Shown piece by piece: positions 12,101-26,591 of a stretch of 64,000 bases of DNA; positions within the stretch are counted from its first letter, which is position 1, and every line of letters begins with the position of its first letter. The position numbers were made by a program, and so were the translations under genes. Source of the DNA: Bispira polyomma (Eukaryota); contig OZ287748.1 in assembly GCA_965649765.1 (NCBI GenBank), positions 94,240,001 to 94,304,000 on the forward strand, given 5' to 3'. Under the pieces are notes generated by a model that worked only from the letters and a program-made list of their open reading frames with translations, had not been told where the DNA came from and searched no databases.

Positions 12101-13670
12101 AGTATCGGTACTCATTCTAGAGATGTGGTGTCATGCTCTGTCTTCAGTTTATTTTTAATCTCATCAAAGGATAAATAGCACATATAGTGGAGGTCCAGTT
12201 GTGAGAGGAAGATGCCATTGGGTGCATCTTATCACTTAACACAAACCAGAATGGATCATAGACTTAAAATTGTAATATGGAAACACCATCATCTGATTAC
12301 AGTGTGACCTTGAGAGTATGGCCTTGACCTCAAAAGATGACTTCTAGCCATGTCTGGGGAATTCCATTGTTTGATTGGTAAAAAAAGTATTCGGAATATT
12401 CAATTCGGTACATGTAGTTCTAAGTTATTTGTTTCGTGTAAAATCTTAAGTTTAATGAATATTATAGTTGCATTTGCTTTTCAGTAGAACAGTTTCTTGA
12501 ACACAATACATAATAAAGAAGATGGCAGAATTCTGCTTTTAACAAAGTAATCAAAAATTAATGTCACTTTTAATATACTGTTTGAAAGTTATTATCATAT
12601 AATCCATAAGATATAGAAACATATCCATTTAAAGATGCACCTATAGTCACTTTTTGAAAAAAACTCCTTTACAAAAATATCCATTGATATTGTAAACAGT
12701 TTTAAATGAGTTTGATAGCTCTAGTCCTCGTGTTTTTAATTAGCCTAACCCTGGGTAAAAGGAGAATACTCCCTGGATTTGGCCGACATCTAAATTTTCA
12801 TCAAAGTTCATGTGTGTGTGCACGTGACCTCCCTGGTTCTAGGTAGCACTGTGTGAATGGCCTGCAGTAAATTAGTCCCCATTCACCTTGATTACAGTAA
12901 ACATTCTGGCTCTGAATGTCGCAACGCTTTGTATGATAGTGTTACCTTGACACAATAAGAGCATTAGACAAAGCTTTTGACAATAAAATAAAAGACTATT
13001 CTGATAGAAGCCTACTGGTATAAAGTATGAAACTACTGAAATCACTTTTTCTAAGAATCACTAAGGTGTTTCAGATAGGAAATTTAGGATACGTACGGTA
13101 TCTATTTACTACCTTTGATTATTTAATTAATGTTGATGGTGTTACTGGGTGTTTCTTTTATATCAAAATATTTACTCTGAAAGATTTATACAAACCAAGT
13201 TTCCCAGTGTATCTTTAAGTTATTGGAAACAAAACTGTACATATATTATGAGAGCAATGTTGAACTTTCTAATAAATAGTGTAAAAACTATATATATATA
13301 TGATAATGACAGTAAGCATAATCTGACACCTTTAATGATATTTTATTTATGTGATATTGTTGAATTTTTCACTGTCTTTACACTTTGTATTGAGTAGATG
13401 TGCTGTTTCAGTGTACAATAAATTCTTTTCCAAAAATAAGTCAAATGATAGATTGATTGAAGTAATTTAGCCTGGAGTGTAAAGCAGAATAAATCTGCCA
13501 ATTATGATAGGGTGAAAACCTGAATTTCCTCATTCATTTTTAGTTGGTATTACAATCATTACATCCAAGTTAATTCAAATAGTATCTAAAAACCTCTGGC
13601 ACCTGAGAGGTTGATAATTACAGTTGTATTGAAATAAATCTGCCATAGACTAAGTGTAACTATTAAAATA

Positions 13671-13874
13671 CAAGATTATCTCTATTTATCCGAATATGGC
13701 AGGAGAGCAAGATTTTGTTTGGATAATAAAAGGTTCACAAAATAGAAGGGGCCATTTTTGGTATAATACAACAGGTAAATTTAAATTTGGGAGAGTTACA
13801 GAACTTGAGTTCATAAAATTGAATATACAGATAATACAACACATGTAGAAGTTTGGATAATAGAGATTCTACTG
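13671..13874. mobile_element. Tc1/mariner-pogo-type MITE (CAGTAGAACCTC TIR family), degraded
   Basis: Right end TTTGGATAATAGAGATTCTACTG|TA; internally similar, in inverted orientation, to 41728-41923. Confidence 0.65.
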
Positions 13875-15050
13875 TATTGTAACTGTAGATGACAAAGGTT
13901 CTACAGTACTTTCAACTTTTTAAAAATAATACGCAAGGTTAGATCATTATTTTTCTTGCACATTTTTGAAAACTTCTACCTCCTTCTGTCTTTATAAAGC
14001 TGGATTGAACTTTTTTAAGGTGCATTCAGCATTAGATCTGCATTAAACACCAGTTTAGCAACACATTTTCCACAGATAGATAGAGTTGTTGCCTTATATC
14101 TCCAGCTCAACAGCCAAATTCATTGTAACAATCAGGAATTTGTTTTAATTTGGGCAGCAAATGGCTTGAGGCTACTTTACTTCTTAAGACATAGATCGTT
14201 GGTGCGATAAACAAAAGCCTTGGAATTAGAAGTCTTGCCTTTCCTTTGACCTGAGTTTACATCAATATAAAGAATTTATACTAGTACTGGGGCTGGCTTC
14301 ACCTAACACAGGCGGAAAGAGGTTTTTACATATAACGCTGAATTTAAAAAACCCACCTAGTTTTGGAATTTTGCAGTTGTGAAAATTTCAAAGTGAGAAG
14401 GCCACTGTTTTTTCGCTTTTCACAAGATTTGAGAAGCTTTTCTTTTTTTGGTGAACTTTCCTCACTGGATACTTTTGCTCTAAAGCAAGTAGGCAGAGAA
14501 GGTTGTTAAATTGCTGAATTTAATGCTAATATACACATTTTAAGTAGGAGACAAGGAGTTTAGATAGGAACCTTGTGAGAAACTGTCTTGAGATAAACCA
14601 GCAGAAGGTGATCTTGGTGACTGACTGTGTTTTCTAAGAATAGTTGACATGTACAAATGGTGGTGAAGATTAAAAATATTACAGGGAAATATGTGGACTT
14701 TCTGATAAGCGGAGATAAGGAACACCGCTTTAATGTGAAGAATGTCATGTAGTTCTGGATTCTTTATCTGTGAAACAACCATTGTGTGTGTGTGTGAAGT
14801 TACATGGTTGAAACTTCTCAATAATAAACATAATAAAGTCAAGAAAAATATGTGCTTTTTAATATAAATTCTGCGTGGAAAAATCAAATACTTTTACAGG
14901 GCGTGACTTTACCAAAAGTAAAAACGTGGTAGCGAAAAAAAAAAATTAAAAATTAAAAGAACGTTGCAATAATTTTTCCTTTTTTTTGATGGGACAAGAC
15001 TTAATTCGTATAGTATATGATATAGCTATATATAGACATATCATTTAACG

Positions 15051-15974
15051 ATGGAAAAAGATCAAAAAGATAAGAAAGCCAAGATGAATTTCTCCAGTTT
15101 CTTGAGGTCTACAAAGGCCTCGTCTGCTACTTTGACAAAAAATAGTGCAAAAACCGCTTCACCGAGCAGCAAGACTCAGACCGCTCCTACTTCAGACTCC
15201 AAACTCAGTTCCTCTTCTGCTAGTGCTGCAGCTTCCAGCAAAAAGAACAGTCCCAAACGGACTCCGCCCGGTACTCAGCCCTCTCATAGACCCAGAAGAG
15301 TGGGCAGCGTCAAGGAGACCAGTGTCACCAGCACCAGCAAAAAGCTTGTGACGGAGAAGGAGCCGAAGCGGGTGGTGGCATCCACGGTAACCAGTAGAGT
15401 GAGGAAGAAAATCAGCTCCAAAGACATGAATGCAGGGGAAAACGGAGCAGGTAGTGAAGAATTGGACGTCACTGTTGTTACAGCAGTAGTCAGTAGTGAT
15501 AATAAGAAGAAAGCTTCCGGAACAAGCGAAGGTGTGAAGAAGAGACATTCGAAAGAGTCAGGAGGCAGCAAAGAGGAAAGGCGGACGAGTGGTAACAGTG
15601 GTGGGACTTCGGCAGCAGGAAGTAGTAGCAGCAGTACAAAACATGGGAGGAAAGCTGCTTCTAAAGGCTTGTCTCACCGGCCACCTGATATCATACCTCT
15701 GAAGGACAAAGAACTCAAAGCCAAGAAACTGCGCAGTAAAAGGGAAGCCTCTTCACCGCCTTCATCTCCTGACCAGGTGAATAAAGATATGGAAGAAGAA
15801 GTTTTGAATAAGAAAGCAGCAGCAGCACCGCTCTCTGCTTCACCCAGTGGGAGTAAAACCAAGGAGGGTCATCGGTGGCCATGGAACATTAAGATTGTCA
15901 AGGCTGTCAGCTTAGATTTTCACAAGGATATACACCATACCTGGTCTGCACCTGAAGCTGGATCTTCTACAAAG
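15051..15974 (+). CDS. First coding exon B: 308-aa Ser/Lys/Thr-rich, probably disordered N-terminus of an unidentified protein
   Basis: Long GC-richer ORF with start context ACGATGG and an in-frame TAG at 15033-15035. A donor AAG|GTAACG lies at 15974/15975 (phase 0), after which the composition becomes intron-like. The ORF-track extension to 16118 is probably intron read-through. Confidence 0.8.
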
Positions 15975-17430
15975 GTAACGATTAATGCTTCATTGTGTCT
16001 TCCCCTACTGTTATACATTGTGGGTAGAGCTTATCAGAACCAAGATGGCTGCTGTAGCTACCTATGTGAAATGTCTAGCTCAGTGCTGTTATATATAGTC
16101 TGTCTAAAATCTAGATAGAAGTGTTAAAGTTAATGTCAATTGTAGTTTGGTCTTTAAGAACATTATTATTTTTCTTGTCTGTATCTCCATCTTTTCATGT
16201 CATGTCATATATGTTGGGCACAGTGTATCCACTTTCATTTATTGCAAATTTTATTGGCATTACATCATCTTCCACTATGGCCATGTTAGGAGATTGACAG
16301 TTGCTAGTGCTGGTTGGCTTTACCAGGGCAGTCACCAACAGGTTTATTGGTGTTTTTGAACACCAGACAAAGGTAGATAAACGTGTATAGATTTAAATAT
16401 TAATACAACTTATATTTTTGACTGTTGATGTTAAGGCCATTGTCTGGGGAGTCTGGCACTCAGTCATCAAAGGTTTTAGCCTCTGCCAGTACTTTTAATC
16501 ATTATCCTCACTTCTCTCAAAAGAAAAACTAAAGCCAAAAACATTTTATCTCTTTCTTTTTTTTTTCAATTTTTTTTCGTGACAATTTTAGGTTTAATTT
16601 TGGGACTCATCAGTCATTTATTTTTTGGGCAGAATAAATGCTTTAACAAAACAATGGAAAATAACAAGGCAGTGAAATAAAATGTTTATATATTTCCCTT
16701 CATTCTGGGAACACAAAACAGTCACTGTTGAAAGCCCTACGGTGAAATGGAAGTTGATGTTAGTGCACTGTATATTTAAACTGAAATATATTGATATTTT
16801 TTTGTTGGTCTTGGAAAAGCTTTTGAGAAGAAATTGTTTAATTAAAAAAAACCTTGATCGTTTTTTGGTATGATAAACCTTATAAGAGAGGATGCTGTAG
16901 TTTGTAGCTGTTGTCATGGTGACCTTCTGTGATTTAATAGCGAATTCTCAACAGGCTACAGGAAGGTGGATGTAACAACTGGAATTGGATAGGGGGGTGG
17001 GTGGGTGCCCTGTCCATATGCAAAAAACAAGGTGATCCGTTTACGTCAGGGTTTGGAATGTGATTTGTAAAGAGGGTGGGGGTTTGTGTTCAGTTAGAGC
17101 TGTTGTTTTTGTAAAAATAAAAATATTACCCCTTGCTCTGTCACTTCAAGTTGATCTATTTTGGGGCGAGATATAATTGGCTGTTTAGTCAAAGAGCTTC
17201 ATCATCTAAAGTTATTGTAAAACCATAACTGTAGAAGTATCTTAGTTATGAACAAACATCAGACAAAAAATGATCTTCGGGCTCTCTGGGCATATATTCA
17301 GAACCAGTTTGTTTTAGGTAGTTTGCAGACATCAGAGGCCAAGGTGTATTTCACTGTTACTTGGTTGTGGTTCGCTTTGGTTCTTAGACACTTCCTTTTT
17401 GGATATGATTTTAATGTACTTAACAATTCA

Positions 17431-17495
17431 GTAACTATTATATAGATAAATACGAATACATGTAACTATTATATAGATAAATACGAATACATGTA
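17431..17495. repeat. Perfect 31-bp tandem duplication
   Basis: GTAACTATTATATAGATAAATACGAATACAT twice. Confidence 0.9.
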
Positions 17496-17973
17496 TGTGC
17501 ACTGCATGTGACTATTAATAGAACTGACTTGAATGAGTACATTATACTCCTATTTACCTGCATGTGTCAAACAAACAATTACAGTGGGTGAATCAATGTT
17601 GTGTGCAGGTTGATGTTAAATGATCAGTTCTTAAATTTAATTTAATACATGTAGTTTTCGATGTTTAAAAATGTTCCTGTTTACAAGCTAGCACAGATTC
17701 ATTTTTTTTTTGCAACTCAAGTTAATCTACCGCTAGTCTCAATGAAAACTATGCTCAACTATTGTTATATAGCTTTTTGTAAAACATTATTCTGACTCAA
17801 GGGAATGTTCGTCAACAATTAAAGTCTACAAGGAAATAAATTTAAGCATGTTTCTTTTGTGGAGGTTTGAGATATTTAGAAATGTAGTATTCGACACATT
17901 TAGCCCATGTTCTGTTATGCACTTCTATAAAAGTCTTCTTAAAAAGTCTTCTTCTTCCTAAATATGTATATAT

Positions 17974-19068
17974 TACAGTAAATATGCAAAATCAGTAAAT
18001 ACGCATATTTACTGAAAATTTCAGTAAGTACGCGTACTTATTGGTTTTTAGGTCCAGTAAGTTCATGTATTTACTGAATTGTCTCATTATTCTTCAAGTG
18101 ATGATTAACTAGCCACATTAAGTCTTTTTCATCTATATGATGTATCATTATGTGGTAGTGGTAATTTTACAAGTTATTAAAGTGTCTATCTTTATTTAGG
18201 TCAATTTGTTTAGGCACATTACATAGACACTATGTTTTCTATCCTAAGTGTATGTTATACATGTCACCCAATTTATTACACCAATAAGTTACAAGTAGTT
18301 TTCAAAATATATATTTACACCTGAAAATGACTTTTGAAATAGATTTGCTTATAAAAATGACATTTTCTTGTACATTACATTTCATGCAGTAAATTACATC
18401 CTATTAATTAATTACATTATTACAGAAAATATTTACATGTAAGTTCATTATTTATTTTTACAGGATAAATAGAGTGGCACCTGCTGTTGTATTTCAGTTT
18501 AGGTTTATAACATTTGTATTCATTGTTTTTGCATTGATTTTCACTAGTTACATTTTGTAAATCCTTGTGCACCAATTCTTGAGTTTCCCTGCTGGGGTCA
18601 AATTAGGTGGTTGAGAATGTGCACTAACATTGAATCTATGTTCAACTGAATCAACTGATATTGCATGCTTTAAAGTGACCTAACTGAATCCAGATACTCA
18701 GTAGTTTAATAACTTTAAACACAAACCGCCAAATAATATCATATGTATATCATATGCATTAGAAATTTATCTTTTAAATGTTATTAAACCCTTAAATAAA
18801 ATTTTCACATTACACATGTTTACTGAAATGACCACCAGTAAACTTGTGAAATAATGCAGGCCCAAAACCAGTAATTACGCGTATTTACGGAAATTTTTAG
18901 GGATTACGCATATTTACTGACCAAATCAGTAAATACGTGTCAGTAAATACACGTATTTACTGAAATTTTTAGGGATTACGCATATTTACTGACCAAATCA
19001 GTAAATACACATATTTACTGAAATTTTCAGTAAATACACGTATTTACTGATTTGACATATTTTCTGTG
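17974..19068. mobile_element. Non-autonomous DNA transposon with long TIRs and palindromic subterminal repeats (EnSpm/CACTA-like)
   Basis: About 48-bp imperfect TIRs (T/C)ACAG.AAATATG..AAATCAGTAAATACG..TATTTACTGAAAATTT; repeated palindromes CAGTAAATAC..RTATTTACTG at both ends. Confidence 0.75.
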
Positions 19069-20529
19069 ACATATATAAGTCCTTTATGGTAAAATTTCAT
19101 GCAGTTCAACTCTTTAAGGTAAAATTCTGTTAAGTGTATTCCTCTTTTGTGTGGAGAAATATTTACAATCCTTAAAGGTGTTCATAATGTACAAGTAACC
19201 CTGTTAAGTGGAAGTCCTGCTTAAGTTAAAATCTGGCTCAAGTAGAGGTATGCCTTCTGATCACCTGGCAGAGGTTCTACTTCAAGGGCTTTAACTTTGT
19301 CACTAAAGTTCTTCAAAAATTAGTAACATGGCTGTCGGGTGAGATGATAAGGGACTAGATGAATTCCTCACACGGTCTAAGGTTCGCCCTGGCCAAGACC
19401 ACAAGCTGCTTATCACTATTACCCAGTAGTGAAACTTAAAGGCAAAAGGAAGTGATGAAGTTAATAGAGTTTAAAGGAGGTCAAGTGAAGGTCAGAGGGA
19501 AGTCATTCCAGACCAGAGGCCCATAAAGCCAACACAGTGAATTATTTTATTTTAACATGTATTTTAATCACTTTGGAATATGTCACATATGAATACATAA
19601 CAATGATAGAGGACAATGAACTGTCCTAAAGTTGGAATGGTTTATGGTTTGTACCTCTTAAGACAAGTAAAGTTTCCGCAAACTTCTTCTGTGTATTTTA
19701 CTACCCATTCCAACCCACAGATGTCATCACTTGTTTCATGATTTGACTCCCAGACATCCCTAGAACTTTACAATATGTATACTTAAATACTTTTTTTTGT
19801 ACCACCAGATATCTCTAACTTGGATGTAAGTAAAAATAGACGAAATCTTTCCTTGCGAGAAGTAAATTTGAGAAAATGTCTTAGACAGGGACATTATTTT
19901 TGTTCTCAGTACTTATAGGCCACCTAGGCTGTGCTAACTTATAGTTTTCAATGTACAGTGGAAATTTGTGCCAGTCACGTTTGCAGTTTGGAAGGAAGAT
20001 TGTTGTTGTTTAAAGTCATAATGGCCTCATGTAATATGTGGAATTCAAAGACTCTCCCACAAAGTGTAGGAGAAGACAAGAGGTGATTATCTGTCACTTC
20101 TGACATTTCCCAGCCAGAGAGTTTCAGACAGGCGTTTTGTGATAATGGCATTTAATAGGTGATAATATAGACAGTTGTATGAAAACAAGAGACTGTGTGC
20201 GAGATAATAACCATTTGTGGGGAGGAGTTTAAAAACATGGACTATTTGGAGTGGCAATAATAGTCTGGTGAACATTAAGAGAGAGACCCACCAATGTGTG
20301 GTTGTCATTTAGGTGACAGTCTGATAGCCCCCTCTGACAATCACTTTACAGGTTTTTGTGTATTTTGATCCAGACAATGACTAGCCTTGACTAAGGCTCA
20401 AAATAAAAAAATTAAAAACAAAATGTGTCTTATAATTTGTTTCTCCCCGGCCATTTTGAAAAACACTCTGTCCGTCCATGTCTGCATCCGTCCCAAGGTA
20501 TGCGGATATTGGATAATTGTTTTTGTTCT

Positions 20530-20760
20530 GCATTTTCAACGTGCGTTATTGATGCTACGCATCTTTTAAAGAGCAACAACAGAATCAGTTAACCAATCAT
20601 GTAGTCCATAAATATAGCCAGGTCACAAGGAAGGATGTTGGGGTGTACAGGAGGAATTGAGGGGGATAAGCGATCTTGAAAAGGTAGGTTTTAAGTTTTT
20701 CCTAAAACTGGCAAGTGTTTCTAGTGATCTAAGCTTGACAGGGAGATTGTTTGGAAATAG
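20530..20760 (-). mobile_element. L2 3' end remnant
   Basis: Reverse complement resembles the ORF end and 3' UTR at about 52000-52220. Confidence 0.75.
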
Positions 20761-21800
20761 AGGTTCTATAGTACAAATTTATTGCCATCAAGGTTTTTAC
20801 CCAACTTTCAAATCACAGGCCATTTGCTTGATTATGTTGTGGTAATGTCGTCCCCACTTGGCTGATTCTTACTGAAACTTTCACTGGAAACCTTTTTTTC
20901 AATTCAATTTATGTTTGAAAGTCATAGAATGTTAGACTTTATGTAGGGCTCTGATGCATTGTGGTAATGGAACTGTATAAATCTTGTCAGTATGTTGTTT
21001 TGACAGGTCTGCACCCCTGGGAATTTACCTGTATTTGGCCCGACACATAGACATGTACTTTGTTATACTAATTCTTAGGTTTACAGCATCTGAAGTACCA
21101 CTTTTGTTACATATATCTAGAAGAATATTTACATCAGTCACATATATTTATTACACTAGCATGCTTGACCTTATGAAACTTCTGTCACATATAAAGTCTA
21201 ATGATTAATCTCTGTTTTTCTATATGAATGCAACTTTGTCCTTATTTGCATCTTTCTTATTTTAAATATCAAAATCTTGTTGACCCTTAATTCAAAGCTT
21301 ATATTCATATCCAGGTATTTTGAAAATATCAAGATAAGGCCATTAAATGGGGGGCCAATTACAGATCATTTCATTGTATCGTCATAATACGTCTATTCAG
21401 TGCTCTGACATTTTGTCACCACAATAATATCTTTTCATCATTATGAAGGATCAAATTCCATCATGAATCAGAAATATTTTAGTCTCAGTTCTTGATAACT
21501 CCTAAATAACTCCTCTTAAAATGAAGCAAGTATTTCAAAGCGTTATAGCTTTGATCATAAAGCAAGTGTTTGATACATAAACTGAGGTCAAATTATGGCT
21601 GACTAACAAGTAAATTAAGCTCAATTATGCTTTAATATAGGAGATAATATGAAAGTGGAGAACTGTATATATCAGGTGCCAGTAGTATTCACATTTATAA
21701 GTATTTCTGTGTTTTAAATCAGGTCTTTGATCTTATCAAGTTGTATAGCTATAGACTATCCCATTCTGGTGATTCCACACAAAGGATGCAGTTTGGCTAT

Positions 21801-22837
21801 TTGTTTCCACTAGAAAACTCAGGTGGATACTATGGATTAGTCTTCGTTATGCCGCCGCTCTGTCAGTGTGTGTAGAGACTTTACTGTTACCACTCTCCTG
21901 GGAGACTTTCACACCTAGGCTCCTAAAATTTACAGGAAATATTCTTTTTTACAAAGCTTGCCTGCGAGTAATTTCGGCCTCATTCTGAAGAACAAGATGG
22001 CTGCCATGGGCGTTTCTTTAAAAATAATCAGGCTTTTAACTGTGTCTGTTTCTCAGCTGTACAAGGTTGAATCTCTTTACAGATGATATGTTTAACGGAT
22101 TTATATGTTCTGTATAGCATGCAGACATTTGACCTTAAATCTCCTCATTCAAGGTCATCGACAGAGTGCCAAAGTAAACGATTTTGCCCAAACTCAAAAG
22201 TGCCAATATTTCGCTTAATATTGGTCCTAGAGGTTTGGGATCTGAAACAAACCTATAGGAAGTCATGAGCAGGGAATCTTTCGATGTGCTCAGATTTTAC
22301 CGTGGCCCTCTCCTTCAAGGTCAAACAGGGATGGCCAAACTTGAAAGTGCCTATATCTCGCTTATTATTGGTCCTAGAGGTTTGGAATATGAAACCAAAC
22401 CTGTAGGAAATCAAGACCTGGAAATCTTTTGATCTGGTCTGATTTGACCTTAGGCCCCTCGTTCAAGGTCAGTCTTGGTCAAACTTAAAAGTTTCTATAT
22501 CTTGCTTATTATTGGTCATACAGGTTAGGGATGTGAAACCAACCTATAGGAAGACATGAGCTGGTAATCTTTTGCTATGGTCAGATTTGACCTTGGATCC
22601 CTCGTGCAAGGTCAAACGGATAGGCCAAACTTTAAAGTGCCTATCTCACACTCATTATTGGTTCCACAGGTTTGCAATGTGAAACCCACTTGTGCCATTT
22701 AAGGCATTAGCATAAATACCCTATAGGAATTTGTAGGGTCCAGCTTGGGTGGTAGCAAGGGTGCTTGCTACCTAGGGTGCTTTGTCTTTCTGGTTGGTAC
22801 AAATATACACTGGTTCTCTGATGCGCTAAGTCTAGTT
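21801..22837 (+). mobile_element. HINE/DINE-1-like (Helentron-associated) element, family A, about 3 internal 147-bp units
   Basis: 5' subTIR plus inverted repeat (TTGTTTCCAC...GTGGATAC), GCC microsatellite, tandem array, 3' subTIR, stem-loop and CTAGTT end. Homologous to the copies at 29941 and 39773. Confidence 0.8.
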
Positions 22838-22854
22838 ATAAATCATTTCATTAA

Positions 22855-23137
22855 CCCCTTTGTCACTGTTGGAGAGTAATTCTACTATACAGAGAGAAAA
22901 TTCTTTAACACACTTTGATTATATCACAAGTGATGTTTTTGCAACAACTGATTACATCACAAATGAAAAAAATGTATTTTTCCTAATGTCAAATGCAGTG
23001 TTTCAAATACATTGTGTTCCCAAATGCTGAGGGGGCCATACAATAATATTTCATACTGTCGAGTGCTGGCTGACAGACATGGCTCTGAAAAATACATGTC
23101 CATCAACTTCTAGCTAACGGACAAGGTCATCAAGGCG
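22855..23137. mobile_element. TTAA-flanked MITE (piggyBac-like)
   Basis: TTAA|CCCCTTTGTCACTG ... CATCAAGGCG|TTAA; inverted homologue of 9021-9304. Confidence 0.65.
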
Positions 23138-24239
23138 TTAATAGTAAAACAATGTTTAATACATATTATAACATATCTGACCCATAGATCCTTTTACAGT
23201 TCTAAATGTATGATCACACTGCGAGTGTCTGCTATAAATTCTGGCAACAATTTGTTTGAACAACAGAAGTTTCATAAAATGGCCAAGATATATACCAGTA
23301 TAAAACAACAGGGAAGGCTCAATTTGGAAGCATGTAAATTTGTTCATAAAATCGAATATTCATACAACAGAAATTCTTCTGTACTTTATTTAAAAGTAGA
23401 GAAAGCAATAGAATGTCTGTTGGTCGTTGGGTGTCGGTGGTCGGATGTCACTACATAAAAACACAGCCGAACTAAATAAGATCTTTACTGTGATGTGTCT
23501 TTGTATACCCATTCCAAGCCTTATAAGTACAAAATAGCCATTGTTGCTGTGAGTATATACCATCATGATTTGATCTCGGTTTGATCCTCAACCAAAATGT
23601 TGTCAACTTAACATTTGAGTTCTGTGACTGGATGTGAATGATATATATAATCAATGATTTATTGATACAATCTCCTATGTGACTTTAGCAGACATTTGGT
23701 GTATACTGCTGTCACACTTTAGATGTACATTATTGGTTAAATTTACAATGGTCATGTATTGTTAATAGCCAAGATTTCAATATAAAATCTGAGGTTTTCA
23801 CATCTGTTTTACACAGTTGTTGTGATATGTGCAATCTGAATTTGAATTTATCTGTAATATTTAGTAGCATTAGGGTTCCCAGTTCTATGTGTTTTTGCCA
23901 ATACATACATGTATATACACTTAGTGATCAGCTATGTTGTTGCTCATTGGTTCAATACAAGCACAATTGTTAGCAATATTTTATAAGGGACAATGGTTGA
24001 TGGTCAGTAAGGGTAGATCAAGTGAGATAAATATTTTAAACCTGTACCATAGACTGGCACTGTAACTAGTAACTATACCATGTCTTAGTAATGAATACTT
24101 AAAGTACTGTGGCCAACCTTGTCTTATAGCTAGCTGAAATCTGTAGAAGCAAAACTTTCTTAAATCATTTAAGAGTCAACTCTGTAGTCCCAAAAAGGCC
24201 TTTTCATTTAAAATCTGTACTCATAATAATACCCTGTTC

Positions 24240-24751
24240 CACTGTCAAGGATGATCTGGAGCAGCCCCGATTTTTGACACCCCGGCCGTAATCCTGTAGC
24301 TCCAGGATTCATCTGGGCAGTCAGGGTCGCAATCCTGCTGATCTTTCTAAACAATCCCTTGATTTGAAATTTTACCCCCCTCTGGGCCAGGATAATCAGG
24401 AGTAACCTTGAGTACCCTAATGCCACCCAGGTTGATCTGGGTGTATATCCCCCTCCATCCCCCTAAAACAACAAAATGAAATCCTCATTATTGTAAAAAG
24501 ACCAACCTGGGTGACCTTCCCAATTGTCAGGATCAACCTGGGTGACTTTCCCGATTGTTAGGATCAACCTGGGTGGCTTGTTGCAGTTGAACCGTTGGGT
24601 CCTTCAAGATCACCCTGGCGTACCTCAGGATTATCTGGAGCATTTTTAAAAATTCAAGGTATTTCTTGTCACGGCAGGTGGTCCAGAGGATTCAGCAGGG
24701 TGCCACCAAGATCGTAAAAATCGGGGCTGCTCCAGATCATCCTTTACTGTG
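24240..24751. mobile_element. MITE with 36-bp TIRs
   Basis: CACTGTCAAGGATGATCTGGAGCAGCCCCGATTTTT versus the reverse complement of the right end, 2 mismatches; internal repeats of AGGATCAACCTGGGTG. Confidence 0.8.
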
Positions 24752-25296
24752 TTAAGTTGAGGCTTTTTAGCCCAAAAACTGGATTTTCAAGTAATAACGT
24801 CATTATAGAAGAGGCTTTCTGTGAGTGGACATGCCAGTTTGACTTTTGCAAGGAGCCCCAGTTTAACCTTCATTTGAGCCTTTTGAGGTGAAAAAAGTGA
24901 GGTCACAAATTTAAATAATGTACATCAGGATATATACACTGTATGTACAAATCTGCCAAAACGTCTGTCAAAATATAACATAAAACCTTTTTGTGTGTGG
25001 AAAGTGTTATCTGCTTTACTATTGTTATGACCTTGACATTTTCAAGGGTAACGGCTTTTGCCCCGTTAACATATTGGTAGGTGGTAGCAGAAGGTAGCAG
25101 AAGGTCTTGTAATTAAGCGTCCCTTGAAAATGGCGCTTATTTGGTTTCACCCCTAGTTTCCTCGCTGCCGCCGCCTGTGCCGCTGCCGCCGCTGCCACAC
25201 GGTCTTCCTTCAATATCTCCTTCAATATTATCTGCATCAAAATTACTTTTGGCAGTTCTCTTAACCAGGAGTGGGAAATTTTTTTCATATTCTTGG

Positions 25297-26591
25297 CAGT
25301 GTGCGAAATTTTGGTGGCCCGTTTGGCCACCTTGTTTCCGGGGCTTCGATTTTTTTTTGCTACATGCGCTAACAGTATAATATGGGTACCAGACTGTTCC
25401 ATTTTTCTTCGGCACGCATGCGCCGACAAAACTTTACCGTGAAACTTTTGATTTTATTGAAAAGCAGGGATATGGATGAAGAACCCTCTTTTTGTTAAAT
25501 AAAATGAAGATTTTATATATTTGTATGTAGTTTTGTATGTAATCTTTATACTTTCAAATTAAAAGCGAATTTTATGCATATTTCACTAACTTCATCTATT
25601 ATCGCCCAGTGCTCTCACCGCTAACCGACTAGCTTCGTCTTTGCTAGTGCTTTAATTTTTGAATTTTTACCCCATCTTGTGGCCCTTTCTTTGGGGTTAA
25701 ATAACTGGACTTGCTTTAATTTTAAATTTCGAATTCAGTCCAAATTCAGTGTTTTACAGTCAACTCGACCCCTCTTGCCCCCTCATTCGAAATAAATAAG
25801 AGGGGCTGATAAATTTTCAGCCCATCTTGTGGCCCTCTCTTTGGGGTTAAATAACTGGGCTTGCTTTAATTTTAAAATTCGAATTCACTGCAAATCTAGT
25901 GTTTCACAGTCAACTCGATCTCTCTGGCCCCCTCATTCAAAATAAAGATATAAATAAATAAATTTTCGGCCCATCTTGATTCTTGTGGCCTTCTTTTTAG
26001 GGTTAAATAACTGGGCTTGCTTTGATTTAAATTTCAATTCAGTGCAAATTTAGTGTCTCACAGTCAACTCGACCCATCTGGCCCCCTTACTTGAAATAAA
26101 TATATAAATAAATATATTTTCGGCCCATCTTGTGGCCTCTCTTTGGGGATAAATAATTGGGCTTGCTTATTTTTTAAATTTTGAATTCAGTACAAATTCA
26201 GTTTTTCACAGTCAACTCGACCCCTCTGGCCCCCTCATTGAAAATAAACATACAATGTATATAAATAAATTTTTGGTCCATCCCGTGGCACTCACTTTGG
26301 GGTTAAAATGACTGGGCTTGCTTAATTATTAAATTTCAAATTCAGTGTTTTACAGTCAACTCGACCCCTCTTGCCAAGGGGCTAATAAATTTTTAGCCGA
26401 TTTTTTTTAAAATTACACAATGCATAATTTATTATGCATTAAAAAATTTAAGTCGTATTCTAAAAAAACATTTTATAGCTTAATTTTTCATTACCAAGTA
26501 TTGGGCCACCTGATTCTAATCCGGGCCACCAAGCTATAAAATCTGGTGGCCCAAGGGGCCACCACACTTATTCCGCGAAGTTCACACACTG
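25297..26591. mobile_element. Non-autonomous hAT transposon with five internal units of about 150 bp
   Basis: TIRs CAGTGTGCGAA / TTCACACACTG; perfect 8-bp TSD ATTCTTGG at 25289-25296 and 26592-26599; units start near 25671, 25821, 25970, 26124 and 26278. Confidence 0.9.

Noticed and set aside
15975-16118. Hydrophobic C-terminal extension of the 355-aa ORF as a transmembrane tail
   Set aside because: It follows a good splice donor and has intron-like composition, so it is most likely read-through. An intron-retained isoform cannot be excluded.
25025-25429. Poly-Ala, poly-Pro and Gly-rich ORFs
   Set aside because: They come from the GCC microsatellite of HINE B and cross the hAT junction.
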